DNA of 63,210 bases, filler included, from Octopus bimaculoides (GCF_001194135.2; 10 parts of 10 records of this genome joined end to end with filler, not necessarily neighbours in it); one strand, 5' to 3'. Shown: positions 24,710 through 39,696, counted from the first letter of the whole stretch. Notes: generated by a model not told the origin, from the letters alone. Numbers and translations are program-made.

Positions 24710-25193
24710 AGGCCACGTCGACTAAGTCCTGGTATTTCGATTTCTTTACCTGAGTCTATCGAGTCTATCTTCCCAGGCCACTATATGTTCAACCACTTGG
24801 ATTGTTTTTGTATTCTTGGAGAGCAGAAACATGTTTGGTCGAAGTGATGTTACCACTATCTTCTCTAGGAAGACAAATCTCGTAAGTCTATTTGCATATC
24901 CAGTCTAAAGCTGAACGCATACTAGGAAAATAATCCCCTTCCATAGCATTCGCCTTGGAGACGTTGTCACCTTCCTTTAGGAATTTGATACCCTTTGTTA
25001 GTGGTGGCTAGAGTTTATTATCCTTCATCTTTTGCAAATCAGTCCACTTGGCAATTTCGACAAGAATCTTGTCATGTTTTCTCCTACATCGGCCTTCTCC
25101 CAGCGCCATAGGGCATCCGGTCAAAATGTGGTTCAGGCTGCAAAGAGTTGCTCCACATTGATTTCACGATGGATCATGCTTCCATAAATGCAT
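24710..25193 (-). mobile_element. RLE-type non-LTR retrotransposon C-terminus, HERO-like
   Basis: MHLWKHDPS*NQCGATLCSLNHILTGCPMALGEGRCRRKHDKIL (CCHC knuckle); FLEKIVVTSLRPNMFLLS...VEHIVAWEDRLD; KKSKYQDLV (PD-(D/E)xK). Confidence 0.82.
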
Positions 25194-26261
25194 NNNNNNN
25201 NNNNNNNNNNNNNNNNNNNNNNNNNNNNNNNNNNNNNTTAATTAATTAANNNNNNNNNNNNNNNNNNNNNNNNNNNNNNNNNNNNNNNNNNNNGATGCCT
25301 AATTTTCACATCTGGTTGTGCATTTGTAGAATTCTTATTGATTTGTAATATGACTCGTGAGTAAGATCAAAACTACGTACGCTTGTTTGCGCGGATATCA
25401 TTTCAGAGGAAAGCTCGGTTGCTGGAAGAGAACTGACGTATTCCATTTGATGTATGAGCTCTAGGAGCAAATTCTTTTTTTCCAACAGGATTTGTTTTAA
25501 CAATAAATGTGGCAGGAATGTATTATTCAGTAGACGAATAATTCATAGTCTCAACTTTCATATTACATATTGCTTAAAAAATGTTGACAGGTAAGCAAGT
25601 ATTTGAAATTTTCCACTAGAAAAGTGTGATTTATTCTTTATATTCTGATGTATGAATGTTTCTTTACGAATTTTTTTTTTTGTATATGGAATTTTGTTAC
25701 GTCTGATGCCTCAATTTAGGATACAATTGTCCTTAAATTTCCTTAGTTATTTTAGTCACTTGCTTCCGCACATTTTGGATTAACTGTGTAAATGCTATGC
25801 TACTACCGAGAACTAACTTTAATTTTGCTGTCTTTATATTGACAATGTTTCCTCCGACCCTCTGCCTTTCGGGTCATGGGCACATGCACGAATGAATTCA
25901 TACACACATATATAGAGACAGCTACATGCATATATATATATATATGGTTTCGGTGCGGATGCTTCTTGTTATACGGTGCAGGGTTTTACAATTGTGTGTA
26001 CATAATAATAATGGTCTATATATAAGCCTAAATCTTATAGCGATCACCATGCAATGACTAAGGAAAATGGTCTAATAATGTGGAGAAAAAAAATAGAAAG
26101 TATTCCTTTCTGCGTGGGAAACGAACCTACACCCATTTTTTTAACGTGGTTAAGTGTGTTATCCTTACACCAGTGAATTAGCCTTCCTCTTTCTGTCAGA
26201 TTTAAGAACTATATTAGTTCGTAGTTGTTTTATAAACAAGCTTTCTATATGCTTTTGGTGC

Positions 26262-26392
26262 GGGATTCGTGGTTTCGATTCCTGGACGATGATTTGTGTT
26301 CTTAAGCATAACACTTGATATCACGTTGATCCACTCCACTCAGTTGGCGAAAATGAGGTATCCTGCGATGGAGCGGCGTTCCTCCCAGGTGG
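26262..26392 (+). mobile_element. Old SINE related to family C
   Basis: ggtttcgattcctgg box B; tcacgttgatccactccactcagttggcgaaaatgag matches the C body. Confidence 0.6.
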
Positions 26393-29300
26393 GAGATATA
26401 TACATCATTACACTAGTATGGGTCGAGAAAGAAATATTTATTTTATGTTATATATACACACAATTCAAATAAACGATCAATTCAAGGGAACGAATAATAA
26501 ATTGAACCGACAATAAGATGTCCTGCACAGGGGATGTATTAGCTTGACGCTCGGGGAAAAGAGAGAGTTTGACCTTTCGTGCATATCACTTCGTACGAAA
26601 GAGGAAAAATCCAAAGAAGGACAGGTTCTTTTATTTTTTTTTTTTGAAATAGGACAGTGCGAAGATTCTCTGTATGTGTCTAATACAAATATACAGATTG
26701 AGTGATAGAAAAATATCTATATACATGTGTCTGCGGATTTTTCAGTTTCCAAAGAATGATGTGGCAGTGATATCCCGAAACCATTTTGCTCGCCGTATTG
26801 TTATCCGTTGGTCACAAACTGCTGACAGATGACATAATATCAGTCATTCATTCTGTGACAATGGAACATGTCCTGCAATGATTTCCTTTCGATAGGAAAG
26901 CTTTGTGTAACTTATCTGTCAAACAAGTATTTATTGTAGAGAAAACATTAAAAATATTAAGGCGGTTAATAATTTCCAAACTAATCCCTCACAATATTTT
27001 ATAAGTTTCAGCCTCTTAATAATGAAGACGAGGTGATAAAAATGATGTTTTGGTCCTTAAGAAATTTGTCAAATGTTTGGTAGCGGTAAGAGATGAATAG
27101 CGATAGGTCATATCATATCAAGAAAATGCAACACCTACCGCGGATCAAATTTTTGAAAAAATGCTCTTTCTTTTGGATCCAAACATAATCCGGTGTGTAT
27201 ATATTTAAGATAAGAATTAAGCTCCAATAGGACATTGTTATTTTTGGTATTTCTCTGTTGTTTTTATTTTCTATGCGCAAGTCTGGTTTACACACGAATA
27301 CTGATTACATTCAATAAAACTTATTAGAAGAAAACATTCAACCGGTGAATAGTTTGATACGAAATTATCAAAGAGAATGTTCTATTCTTATGTTTTTGTC
27401 GTAATCTTGAAAACGAAACATATATAATTTGAAATCAGGCTTAAATATTCATTCACAGTGTGCAAAGCAAATAAAAATTACCAGTTCCTCTGTAGAAGCG
27501 CGATAATACGATAGTGGATGTTTCAAAGGATGCATTTCCATTTCAGTTTGAATTTTCTTATATACAACAGTTGAGGCACATATTTCAAATAAATTTTATA
27601 CAGATATTACAGAAGAACTTATATATTAGATTACATTTTCTCAACATCATTTCTTTTCCAGTCGAGCTCCGCGCTATTCACCCCAGCGTCCCTTTTGCGT
27701 GAAGAGAAGCAGCCTATGTCACATTCCAATTGGTATACTTTCTAGGTCGGTTATGAGCAACCTGAAGATCAATAGGTATGATAACGAAGTGATGAAGAGG
27801 CCCCTACACATTAGTTAAGGCAGTGCAGCCAAGTTTTTAAATATCACAGCCTAAAATCTAGCGTCGTAAGATTGATGAAAATGACTGACCATCTAGCTGT
27901 AGGTATAAAAATATTGGTCACGTCTCGAGAGCCTTCAATATATACAGTCATAGTTTTAAGACCGTTCTTCCATGGTTGGCGTAGGACTAAGTAAATATCC
28001 AGGTACGTAAATAAAAGAAAGGCAAGGTAACGTTTAAGCAAACATTGTCTACATTTGCTGTGTTATTCGGTAATCAAACGATTGATTGCATATTGCTGTT
28101 ATACTTGCCTACTGCAAAAGTGCAGACTCTTCCCTGCGAAGAGGATTGATCTGGGATTAAATATCTCATGATTTTGAAGCATGAACTTTTTTGGAATACT
28201 GAGAAAGAATCGCTTAAATTAAAGTATATTATTGCCCAACCCATCGCCATTCAACACATATTTCTTTAATTTTTTTTATTTGTTTAGTCAGGAAGAAAGA
28301 ACTGTCTCCATATTTCTTTCTAGACACGTTTCAGCAATGTGATAAAGATCCAATTAATATATGATGGACGTTGGCGGTTAAAAAAAAAAACAACATATGA
28401 GAACGGGGATTTCTAAATGGAAGAAAGTTCTATATTGGGAGTGTCTGTTGAGATGTGTGTACATTAGAAATGACAGTAGGAAATACGGGCTGTGTGGAGA
28501 TGATATGAAACAAGAGAAAACCGAATTTTTTTTTTTCCATCACTGTATTAAAGGAGGATTAAGAAAAAAAAAAGAGTAACCAGCAGGTTAGAGATATTTT
28601 GCTGCACTTCAATGATTCCATGAGTAATATGTTGACCTTGCATGTGTGGTGATTTAGAAGATTCTAGTTGCATCTCTTTCCTGTGCAATGCGGGTTCTGC
28701 TAATGCTTTCCTGGACTGGGGAGCAATTCTGTCTTGGTGTTGTTGAAGGAGATAAAGTTGATATAATTCACACTCAAATATATTCATTAAATTTCCGTTC
28801 ACATTTTAAGACTATACATGGTTTCTCATGTTGATAGAATTTGGATGGGATCAGTGAGAGAGGAATAAAATGTGGCATTATCCTAGAGTTTGTGAAGAAA
28901 ACGGTAAGTCATTTAATGACTAAAATGTCAAATGTAAAACTGTAAACTAAGCTTAAGTAACACAATAAGTGGTAAAGAGATCGGGATCAGAACACTGCAC
29001 AGTTGTCTAGGTTGGCAGGAACTAAATAACTGAACAAACGCAGTCAGGTGGAGTCTACGTGCGATCAGTGCTTCCCGATGATTTTCGTTTTGGCCAAATA
29101 TCTCGAGAACAACAACTGATTTATAACTGTATGGGAATATTTGATCAGTAGATCTAGCTTTATGAAAGCGGTAGTGGTCACAAAAATTCACGATGACACA
29201 TTCACAATAATGGAGGCTCTAGAGTCAATGGCTACTTACACAATCTTTACAATTTTAGAACTGAGTGAGAACAATTGTCTCACATTAACGGTCCATAAAT

Positions 29301-30994
29301 AACACTGAATATATCCAGAAAGCTAACAGTTGTTATATTTGAAATATATAAATGTAATGTAAAATACTCGGGAGAAAATTATGCCTTAAGCAATATGTTT
29401 AAGTGCTAAATCTGCTTGGAACCAAATGTGAAACACAGCAACTGCGAAAATTGTCATGGATTGAAACATTATCAACTGGTAATGAAAATATTAGAAGTTT
29501 CACAACCGTAATAGAACATTCTATCATAGGTTGTTGTTTAACTAAACTAGGTAGCATCTTATCTATAGACAGTAAACGTATTTCAATGGAGCAAAATACT
29601 TTGCAAATTGTATGTCTCAGAGTAGCGTCAAAACTGAATGTACTTTTCACATATACACATAATAATACCTGTATGGATTTTAGACTAGCTTTCTGTCAAT
29701 ACGATGCCCACACTACCATTTGCTTCTAAAATACAGGTGCTATATTATATTTGGTATGATTCAATGATCAATAATTGCTGAGACTCAATATTTTTACACT
29801 CAATTACAGTTCAGCTGCATCGAATTTTCACATTCATATTCGTTTTTATATGCGTATTATGTGTGATTACCAGACAATTAACCTATTCTTGCAACAATAA
29901 TCACGAAATCTTCTATATTGTTCAATACTGTAGGCATTCAGTTGAAATCACAATCGAAATATTTTCCTATGCGATTTCAAATCAACCGTTATCTTTGTAT
30001 TTTACTATTTTCAGTCTTTCCCAGTATATTCATTGTCTATACACAATTTTATCTCCAGCAGCATTTCCTTCATATCGACTTTAGGTATATATCACATATT
30101 GAGCATATTTCTGTAAATCACTGCAGAACACATGATGAAAATAATTCACTTTATTATCAAGACTGTATTAATAATACTGCTACATATTTTATACATCACA
30201 AAAGGTTAAAAGCAAAGTTGACGTCGGTGGCATTTGAAATCATAACCTAAACAAACCTGTTAGAATACTTAGCGCTTAATCATTTTAAGAACAATATAAA
30301 ATAATAAATAAGTGACAGCACTGAACAGCAAAATTATAAATGGCTGGCATATCGATGACATTTGATTGTATTTCCTAAATTCTGTCGAATATTCTCGATA
30401 TTTATTGGCTGAAGTGCAAACACTGAAGACCAAAGACATTGAAAACAATTAAACCAATCATTTTGCAAGCACCTTCAAAACACAATGAGTTGAAAGACTC
30501 CATCCCCCCAATCAAAGCATTCTGTTTGTTCTCATCGTATCCCAGAATTTTCCCGTGAATGTCGCCGTTGTTCCACACAAGTAATGCTGTAGATACAGCT
30601 GAAGTGGAACTTCTACTAATCGCATTATCCGAAACTGCAGCTGGTTGAATGCGTTTCAAAACATTCCCGACACCAGGCTCTTCATCATCGGTTTCCTCTG
30701 ACTAAGGATTACAGATCGGTCAGAGTTGAGATGCAAGAAAACAATAGTTCACCTGGCATATTTGTATGTATCACAATCTCATTATATATCTGGTGTCGGA
30801 GAAAGATAAACGTCTGACCAAAAGAATGGATCCATCCTTTCCGCAGGAAGTGGAAGATCTTTTGCTCCAAACCGATTGGAAATGCCACGTAGAAATGATA
30901 AAACATGGCCATTAAAGACGGTTATTCATATGTGGTATTGAAAATTTCGGCTCGGCTCATTGCAGCCACAAACATATCCTGTGACCTGAGATCA

Positions 30995-31079
30995 ATCCAC
31001 AGGAAACCTTTCTATTAACGATACCTCATACAAAACATATTTGAACACTCTACTCTCAGTAATATATCGTATGGCATGA

Positions 31080-31161
<82 letters not shown>

Positions 31162-32560
31162 ATAGCCTTGCTCTTGTTGGAGTTAACTGATCTATGACAG
31201 GTCGTGGATCCTTGGAAAATCTTTTACAGCCGACTGTCCGCCTCACGTGAAAGTAGTCTCTCGTTTCTCTCTATAGATATTGTTTGAATAGCATCCTCAA
31301 TTTGCGTATATCTTTTCAGGCTACATACATTTTTTATGCAGTGGTTTTCACTCTGCACTTATATGATGTTGTTGAATTCTATAAAGAACTCCAACTAGTT
31401 ATGTAATTATCTTTCAAGAGATATAGAAATTTACTTCTATTCATTCTTTCTCACAATTTCTATCATTCTTCATTTGTCTCTTTTACATTCTCTCAATCTG
31501 ATTTGGGTAGAAATCTTCAAGTAGTCCTGAATATCTCACGTATAACGGCAAGATTTTCCTCTATGCACCACTAGTTCAAGCGCTTTTCACTCCTCACCCA
31601 CTAATATTTAATCTCCAAGATTTTCATAAATGTTATCAGAGACCACAAGTGCTTAAATAACCTTGTAGATCCCTGTGGACCACATCTCACCTGTTATGGT
31701 TCTCCTGTTTTGTCCACGTGCTGTGTCTTCGCACATAGTTCATAATGACCATGCCCCTATTATGCTGGTTCAGAATTATTTATTACTGTATAGTTCTCTA
31801 CCCTGTTAATGTAACATGCCTCCTATTATATATCGACTTTGATTTCCATTTACTTTACTTTTGGAAACAGAAAAAAACATTTTCTGCTTTCAAGAAGAAG
31901 TGTGCCGTTTTTACATATTATGGGATTTCTCCAGGAAGCCATCTTTTGTTAATTACCGATTGAACATGTTTATCCTCGATAGAACTCGACTGGTCGTTCC
32001 TTCGAGGACATAAAATACGTAATCCTTCCTCCAACAGCAATTATCGATAATCTATATGACTTATGTGATGTTTAAGTAGATTATTGCTCTTATAAACTGG
32101 AACTGTGTTTTTGCAACACATGTTTATACCACAGATTGAACTGGGAAAAGGACTATTTGATATAAGGTCACACCTTATTCGCTAACTCACGTAATCTCTG
32201 GAGGACTGTTACATCTCTGGAGTACTGTTACATCTCTGGAGTACTGTTACATCTCTGTAACCTTTGTACTCCGCTATGATACCCTCTTCTCATAGGATGC
32301 TATCATGCTATCACCGATAAAATCAGACACAATACCATCAATTCAAACGTGTTGCATTCTCATCCCTATTCTTTAATGGTGCTTGGAATTCCCTACATTT
32401 TCCAGTTTTGATTTAAGAGGTGATTCCCGAAGTTTCAAGAATAATATTTACGGTGTCAGCCTTATTAAATAGTTCCTCAGCAAACTTCATCGGGACTCCT
32501 CATTGCTCCAAACTCACCAACGTAAGATAAATAAATGTAAATGCGCCAGCAAGTGTTTCT
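30995..32560 (-). mobile_element. Ancient, heavily decayed RTE-like LINE remnant
   Basis: Scattered weak matches: KDIRKLRMLFKQYL, TRARL, HAIRYITESRVFKYVLY (cf. GHVxRMxDSRLPKQVLY). Confidence 0.4.
32194..32257. repeat. 19-bp tandem repeat (atctctggagtactgttac), about 3.4 units
   Basis: Read directly. Confidence 0.95.
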
Positions 32561-32692
32561 GCTCTTTTACTGTCACTGATTGCTACACGTCCTACTTAAA
32601 ATCCATTTTAATTTCTCGTTTCATTTTTATCAGTTCAGAACTCATTTCGACTTTTCTTTTTCTTTTGTGATAATTTATTCCATACACTTTTT

Positions 32693-33095
32693 TACTCTTT
32701 TACTTGTTTCAGTCATTTGACTATGGTCATGCTGGAACACCGCCTTTAGTCGAGCAAATCAACCCTAGGACTTATGCTTTGTAAGCCTAGTACTTATTCT
32801 ATCGGTCTCTTTTGCCGAACCGCTAAGTTACTGGGACGTAAACAGACCAGCATCGGTTGTCAAGCGATGTTGTGGGGACAAACACAGACACACAAACACT
32901 CATACATACATATATATATATACATATATACGACGGGCTTCTTTCAGTTTCCGTCTACCAAATCCACTCACAAGGCTTTGGTCGGTCCGAGGCTATAGTA
33001 GAAGACACTGTGCCCAAGGTGCCATGCAATGGGACGGAACCCGGAACCATGTGGTTCGTAAGTAAGCTACTAATCACACAGCCACTCCTACGCCT
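32693..33095 (-). mobile_element. SINE family A, full length
   Basis: Complete reverse copy from the tRNA-like head to the gagtaaaa tail. Confidence 0.96.
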
Positions 33096-34282
33096 CCATA
33101 TTGAGATTTTTTAAACAAAAGTTAATGTAACTTATTCTCCAACGCAAAAACAAGGAATATTATTTAGGAGAGTTAAATATCTGAAAGATATTTTCTACAT
33201 CTGTTTGTAAAATAATCCAATCCCCCCCCCAAAAAAAAAGACCAAACAAACAAAGACATGTATTATCATGTAAAATATAGTGATAATCCAATCACGCCGG
33301 GGCGCTCTCCCGAGGTCCTTAATATATTTCAAACCACATATGTAACAAAAGGAACAACAACAACAATAGTGATTATGATAATATTGAATATAATGCTAAT
33401 CTTACTACTAGTACAATTATAAGTAATAATTTCGAATCTATGTACAATAACTGTTATGGGATTAATTTTTGAGTCGATATCGTTTACGAATTTGCACATT
33501 ACTATGTCTTCCTTTATCAACTCACTTTCAATTATTTTGCGCATAATATCTTTTCCTGGGTTAATATCCTGGACAGAACATATGAATTTGTAAAGAACAA
33601 ATGTAAAATTTCTGTTATGTAGCAAGGATAGCAAAAGTTATTGAGCACCGGCTTCTAGTTGCCAAATCTATTCGAAATAGGAAAAGATATTACTCTGAGA
33701 TTTTCATAGAACAGGAATTGAAATTAATATGTAAATTAATCTACACCATGGTATACTCGGTAAACTTATACATTCAGATTGTTAATTAATACATATATAA
33801 ATGATTAAAAGCATACATACAAAATGAGAAGTTGAAAAACATCTGCTATAGTGAGATAAGGAAACGTATCGCAAGACCAGAACGCCCACAAATATATAAA
33901 CTGAAATTACGGAAGGAGAGGGAGTAGCTAGTATGTTGCTATATAGATTTAAAGTGTCATTCTGAAATGTAGGCAATTATGGTATAAATCATATATAAAC
34001 TGCGTGAGCTTAAACGCGTGCAAAATGAATATTGCTGTATATTTGTATTTAAGAAACGTACTTCTCGCGCAGAGAAACCTGCACACACGGAGAAATACAA
34101 ACACACATGCACTCAGGCGTGCACACATATACATCGTACAAACGGAGTTAAATGATTGTCTGCCTACATACATCTATATGTGTTTACGCGTATGTATGAT
34201 ATAATGAAGGAAAATGTTGTATACTGTACTCAGGTGCACTACAACTAAAAAAAAAGACCCCCAGGTGTACTATTGTTGGATA

Positions 34283-35235
34283 CATGGATGTTTTGAAGCA
34301 TGGATGTTTTGAAGCATGGATGTTTTGAAGGATGTAGCGTCTCGACAACTAACAAGTGACGCGGGTAGTTTATTCCATGCTTCAGCAATTCTGAGCGTGA
34401 AAATTGTGTTTCCGAAAGTCATGCGTGCTGTGTTGTTTTTTGATATTATAAGCATGTTCGCGTGTGTTTGTCATATGAAACTAAAAAAGGTTGTTGCTTG
34501 AAAGATGGTGGATAATCTTGTGTGTCAGATGGTGGATAATCTTGTGTGGATAATCAGTGTGTCAGTGATAATCTTGTGTGTCTGAGCTTCAATATATCTA
34601 TACCAAGGGATACAAGACGTTCGGGATATGGTAGATGTTTGGTGGCGGGTTGAATGTTTCTTAACAGCTTCCAATAGATTTATATGCTGATTAAGATAGG
34701 GGTTCCAGACTGCTGATGCAAACTTCAAACGTGGACGTACCATTGTCATATACAATTTTAAATAGATAGCTGGAGCGCCTCTGACAAATGTTCTTACCGA
34801 GTGATGCTAACACGCCATCAGCATTCTTGACTATCTTTGAGATATGGTTTATCCAGCACAGATTGTTATTTAAAATAATGTCCAGATCACGTCCGCTAAA
34901 CCACTTCTAGATATTGGTGTTGTTTAGAGAGTATATTTTCTCCTAAAATGCATGGTGACATACTTGTCTACAGCTAGCTTGAGTTGCCAGTCAGAGATCC
35001 ATTTCTGCATTGTATCCAGATCTGAGTGCAGGAAAAATCTATAGCGCATTGTATCTGCGTTTTTTTTTTTATTATTAATTTGAGGTGCAGCTTGATATCA
35101 TTAATATATGCAAAACACGATGTAGGTCCAAGAACGGATCCCTGTAGTATATCTGAAGTCATCTGTGAAGAACGATGTCCTAGAACCGTAACGATCTCTT
35201 TTCGACTGAGAATGAAGGAGTTCAGCCAGTTATAT
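34283..35235 (-). mobile_element. CR1-clade LINE 3' fragment (RT C-terminus)
   Basis: MTSDILQGSVLGP...AYINDI; KWISDWQLKLAVDK; LYMTMVRPRLKFASAVWNPY...LLEAV; FTLRIAEAWNKLP; 16-bp unit x3 at 34283-34330. Confidence 0.92.
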
Positions 35236-35238
35236 TTA

Positions 35239-35418
35239 CAGTTCTATGTTTAAGAGATGAGGAATTATGTACATTATTTACATTATTTCAATTTGACGGA
35301 TATTTGTCCTCATCTTGTTTCTTGTTAGCACAAAGTTTCAGCTGATATACTCTCCAGCCTTCATCAGGTGTCTTGGGGAAATTTCGAACCTGGGTTCTTA
35401 TTCGTAAGGTATTTTTTC

Positions 35419-35419
<1 letters not shown>
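35239..35419 (-). mobile_element. Family D 3' tail with hammerhead-like motif, inverted
   Basis: Reverse complement aligns to 35695-35826 and 61497-61597; HHR core at 35327-35372. Confidence 0.88.
35327..35372 (-). ncRNA. Minimal hammerhead-like motif in the family D tail
   Basis: GACAC CUGAUGA A GGCUG GAGAGUAUAU CAGCU GAAA CUUU GUGCU; core and helix II intact, triplet region probably mutated. Confidence 0.6.
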
Positions 35420-35826
<407 letters not shown>

Positions 35827-35962
35827 GTACTCATTTAATCGACCCCGAAAACATGAAAGGCAAAGTCGACCTCGGCAGAATTTGAACTCAGAACGTAGCA
35901 GTAGACGAAACACCGCTAAGCATTCCGCCTGGCGTGCTAACGAATCTGGTAGCTCGCCGCCT
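35827..35962 (-). mobile_element. SINE family B, 5' half
   Basis: Reverse complement of B from the head to aagtac. Confidence 0.88.
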
Positions 35963-37045
35963 GAATGTAAAAAAAATATAAAATGGAGACTGTACCAAGA
36001 CTAGAAGTCACTGATTTTAGCTACCTGTCTATACCCGTTACAAAAATCGATCTCATACGACATAGCTCTATTGTGACTCAACACTTTTACCTAAGTTGGT
36101 CCTGACTTATTTAACATTATTCGGAAGGAAACAAAATAAGGAAAAGAACGCATAATATTTAAGTGGAACTTAGATAACATCCTAAGACGTTACCGAGAAC
36201 CAGGTATATCTCAGTTAATCGTAGTTCTCAAGTCGTGTGGACGATGTAGTAAAGCATGACTCGGAAGACTCCTAAAGTAAGTGTTATTAAGTTCATATTG
36301 CCTGTGCTAATAATTGCTAAAAGCTATCTAAATTATCAAAGCTAAATTATAGTGAATATGGACAGAATTGTTTGAAAAGAAGCGAAAAATATTATTAAAA
36401 CTTTATTAAAATTCGTTAGCGGAATACTAGTATTGTTAAATAGTGTATTTTGTCATGAAATATTTATTCATATAATTTAACGAGCCTCCTGGTGTCTCTT
36501 AATTAGTAACCTCCCGGTGAACTGAGTTTGCTACAAAGTATCGATTCACAGTTAATGTCATTTATTTTCCTGCATACCTTTAATGCACTTGCACAAGTTA
36601 TGGACATCAAGAGATGTCTTTTTAACCTCTGCTAAAAATATAGAACCAATGAATCTGATGAAAAGAAAGCAACTCTTCTTTGATTTTGTTGTTGTTGTTA
36701 CTGTTGTCGATTTTTGCTGTTTATCCCCATATCGTCCCTGATCGAGCAGTATTATGATCAAAGGCGTTCCATCCATGATCATACCGATATTTTAGCAGGT
36801 ATAAAGAATATTCGTCTATGTTATCCTATATGTCCTTTTTTTCAAACGGTAGGGTTAATATGAAAGAGGTTAGACTCCTCTTTCTATCTAGTCGTGCAAT
36901 CATGCAGACGCTCGTTTGTTAGTTTATATTACAGTATGTCAGTGAGAATGATGGTGTACGCTGAAAATGAAGGAAGAGGCTGTCTACGATACGATAAAGA
37001 GAACTTGCTTTCAGTTTAATTTGCAGATTATTATTATTATTATTA

Positions 37046-37101
<56 letters not shown>

Positions 37102-39157
37102 GTTATTATCATCATTATTATTATTATTATTGTTCACCCCCGTCCTCGAAAATATGTGCCTGAAAGAATATAAGACATACATGACTAAGCCATCTATTGC
37201 TGATATATANNNNNNNNNNNNNNNNNNNNNNNNNNNNNNNNNNNNNNNNNNNNATATATATATATATATATATATACATATCATATGAGAAAGGAGAGAA
37301 TATAAGCAAATCGTCGTATCATTTTGGATATTCCACCTTAAGGCAGCAAAACGATATAACAAGGCTACCTTGAACTTCTTTTAAGAACTAGAAACATCAT
37401 TCAAATCTTAAGTATCATGCATCACCGTGATCATCAATTATCTGGGATAAACTAAAAAGAAATGAAAGAAAGCAAAATACACTCCATAAATTGTAAGTAG
37501 TTCAGAGGATGACAAATAAATGCAGAGAATCGCAAACTGCCCGTATTGCAGGCAAGAAAGCCCCACATAGAGAAATCCGTTCCCTCGCGACTTAGCTTGA
37601 CGTTTTTGGAGTTGGTTCAGCATTTTCCAGTAAATATTTAACACATTATTGTTCTAACTATCGCCGTAAATTGCTTTATTCTCCTTGACGTGCAATGAGA
37701 ACGAAATATCAAACACGTATTTTAGATTCGTCAGTCTTAATTTTCATTCTAAATTCGACTTGAGACGCGTATATCTTTCAAAACTTCAGTGCTGATAATC
37801 GAAGTACTAATATAATACTGATATTGATTTACTTCGAATACCGTCTTCCGACAAAATGTGGTTACCTTGTGTAGAAGCCAGAGATCATTGATATAATTAT
37901 TTTTTCTTCAACTGTCCATGCTAAGGAAGTGGCAATGAACACTATAGAGCCAAAGTAACTACATTAGAGCATGAAGTATGTCTTTATTCTGTAAGTTAAA
38001 AAGCTGTCGGGGTCGGCTTGTGAAAGTAACTCTGTTGTAATTAGAAAAGCTTCCTGGGTCAGCTTTACATATTCATTCTTCTGTAATCTCTGCAATAAAT
38101 AGCAAAACATACAACATTCAATTCAGTCAACTGTAAACCTACCTTACTAGTTACAATTGGCGATGTGCTTACGTCAGAGTCCAATATTTTGATGCAGGTT
38201 GCTATTCATAGTATCTATGATATCATTTGACTCAGACAAACTAAAGTATGTAGGCTGGAGATTATATTATTTGAAGAACGTGTCCGTTTCATATTCTGGA
38301 TTGGATTCGATGGTGTTAGGTTGATTGATTTTTTTTCTCTGTTGAAAAGGAAAGAAAAGAAAAGCTATTGCAACATTATATGTTGAAGGAATGCATTGAT
38401 TTCATTGGATATGAAAGAAACTAAGTTTATTTCCAGTCTGTTGAAGATATATTTCTCTTTGATCATTCACCTCGTCTTTCTGTAATCTAATGTAAATTGG
38501 AACAGAAAATATTTCGCACATGTGCAACACTTTTTGGGTGTAAGACTTAATTTTATCTCTCCCCGCCACTTCCACCACTGCACAAATATATTTAACATGT
38601 CCGTGAAGAATGTGTATTCCGTTCGATTCGAAGGTAAAAACAAGTTTCTTACAATAACCAATTTCATTAATACAGACACATACAGACATACATGCAGTTT
38701 CATACGTTACTCTATATGTATGTATAAAGAGAGAAATGAAGAGAAATATATAATGCGTGAAACTATAAGAAGATATAGCAAAAAACATTAACTCTAATAT
38801 GCACACATACAAACATATATAAAACGCTCACACACAAACACACACAGACACACACACACACATATATATATAGTGAACATGTGATTGGAAGAATAAAACG
38901 AGAGAGAAAAAGAGAGAGTGAGAGACAGAGACAGACTGAGCGAAATGAGAGAAATGAGAGAAAATGAGAGATATTCAAGTGAAAATGAAACAGCGATCCA
39001 CATTCAATTTCTATATTTTTATTAATTTTCATATTTCGACTATGTTATTGGTGTTATTATATGAGGTGTAACTTAAATGAAAGAAAAAACAACTTGGATA
39101 TGCGACCAGATCAAACGGAAATGTATTGAAAGCTATAGAATAACGGTTCTCTCTCTC

Positions 39158-39202
<45 letters not shown>

Positions 39203-39696
39203 NNNNNNNNNNNNNNNNNNNNNNNNNNNNNNNNNNNNNNNNNNNNNNNNNNNNNNNNNNNNNNNNNNNNNNNNNNNNNNNNNNNNNNNNNNNNNNNNNN
39301 NNNNNNNNNNNNNNNNNNNNNNNNNNNNNNNNNNNNNNNNNNNNNNNNNNNNNNNNNNNNNNNNNNNNNNNNNNNNNNNNNNNNNNNNNNNNNNTATATA
39401 TATATATATATATGCACACACAATATATACAGATATTATAGGTGACTGTAATTTTGATGTTTTGGCAAATATGGCTTGTGAAGCTGTGTTGGAAGAATAC
39501 CAATATATAGACAAACTTGAGGATCCAACTTGGGAACAAGTGGTTAGAACGGATGCTGTAGTTTATAAAGAATAAAAAGTAAAGAGACGGAGTGAGATTG
39601 CCTTAATTTTACATAAATACCTGGGGAAAATGAAGAGCTAATATGTTTGTAGTAATCGTTAGGTGCGCAATTTTGACGCCATATTAAGAAATGCTT

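Noticed and set aside
25314-25334. GCAFVEF, resembling the RRM RNP1 motif
   Set aside because: Flanking residues do not fit an RRM and the frame closes within 9 codons
27902-27931. GIKILVTSRE, resembling a NACHT/NB-ARC motif
   Set aside because: Isolated, with no Walker A or B and nearby stops
28928-29650. RTE-like words (FHKARSTDQIF, LGSILSID) and similar traces near 44300, 46100 and 58900
   Set aside because: Too short and decayed to delimit as features
36655-36690. CUGAUGA followed by a stem
   Set aside because: No GAAA after the stem
37438-37644. 68-aa membrane-like ORF
   Set aside because: The hydrophobic end is a T-rich tract; no homology or exon support
38402-38812. 136-aa ORF
   Set aside because: Starts in microsatellite sequence; no recognisable domain
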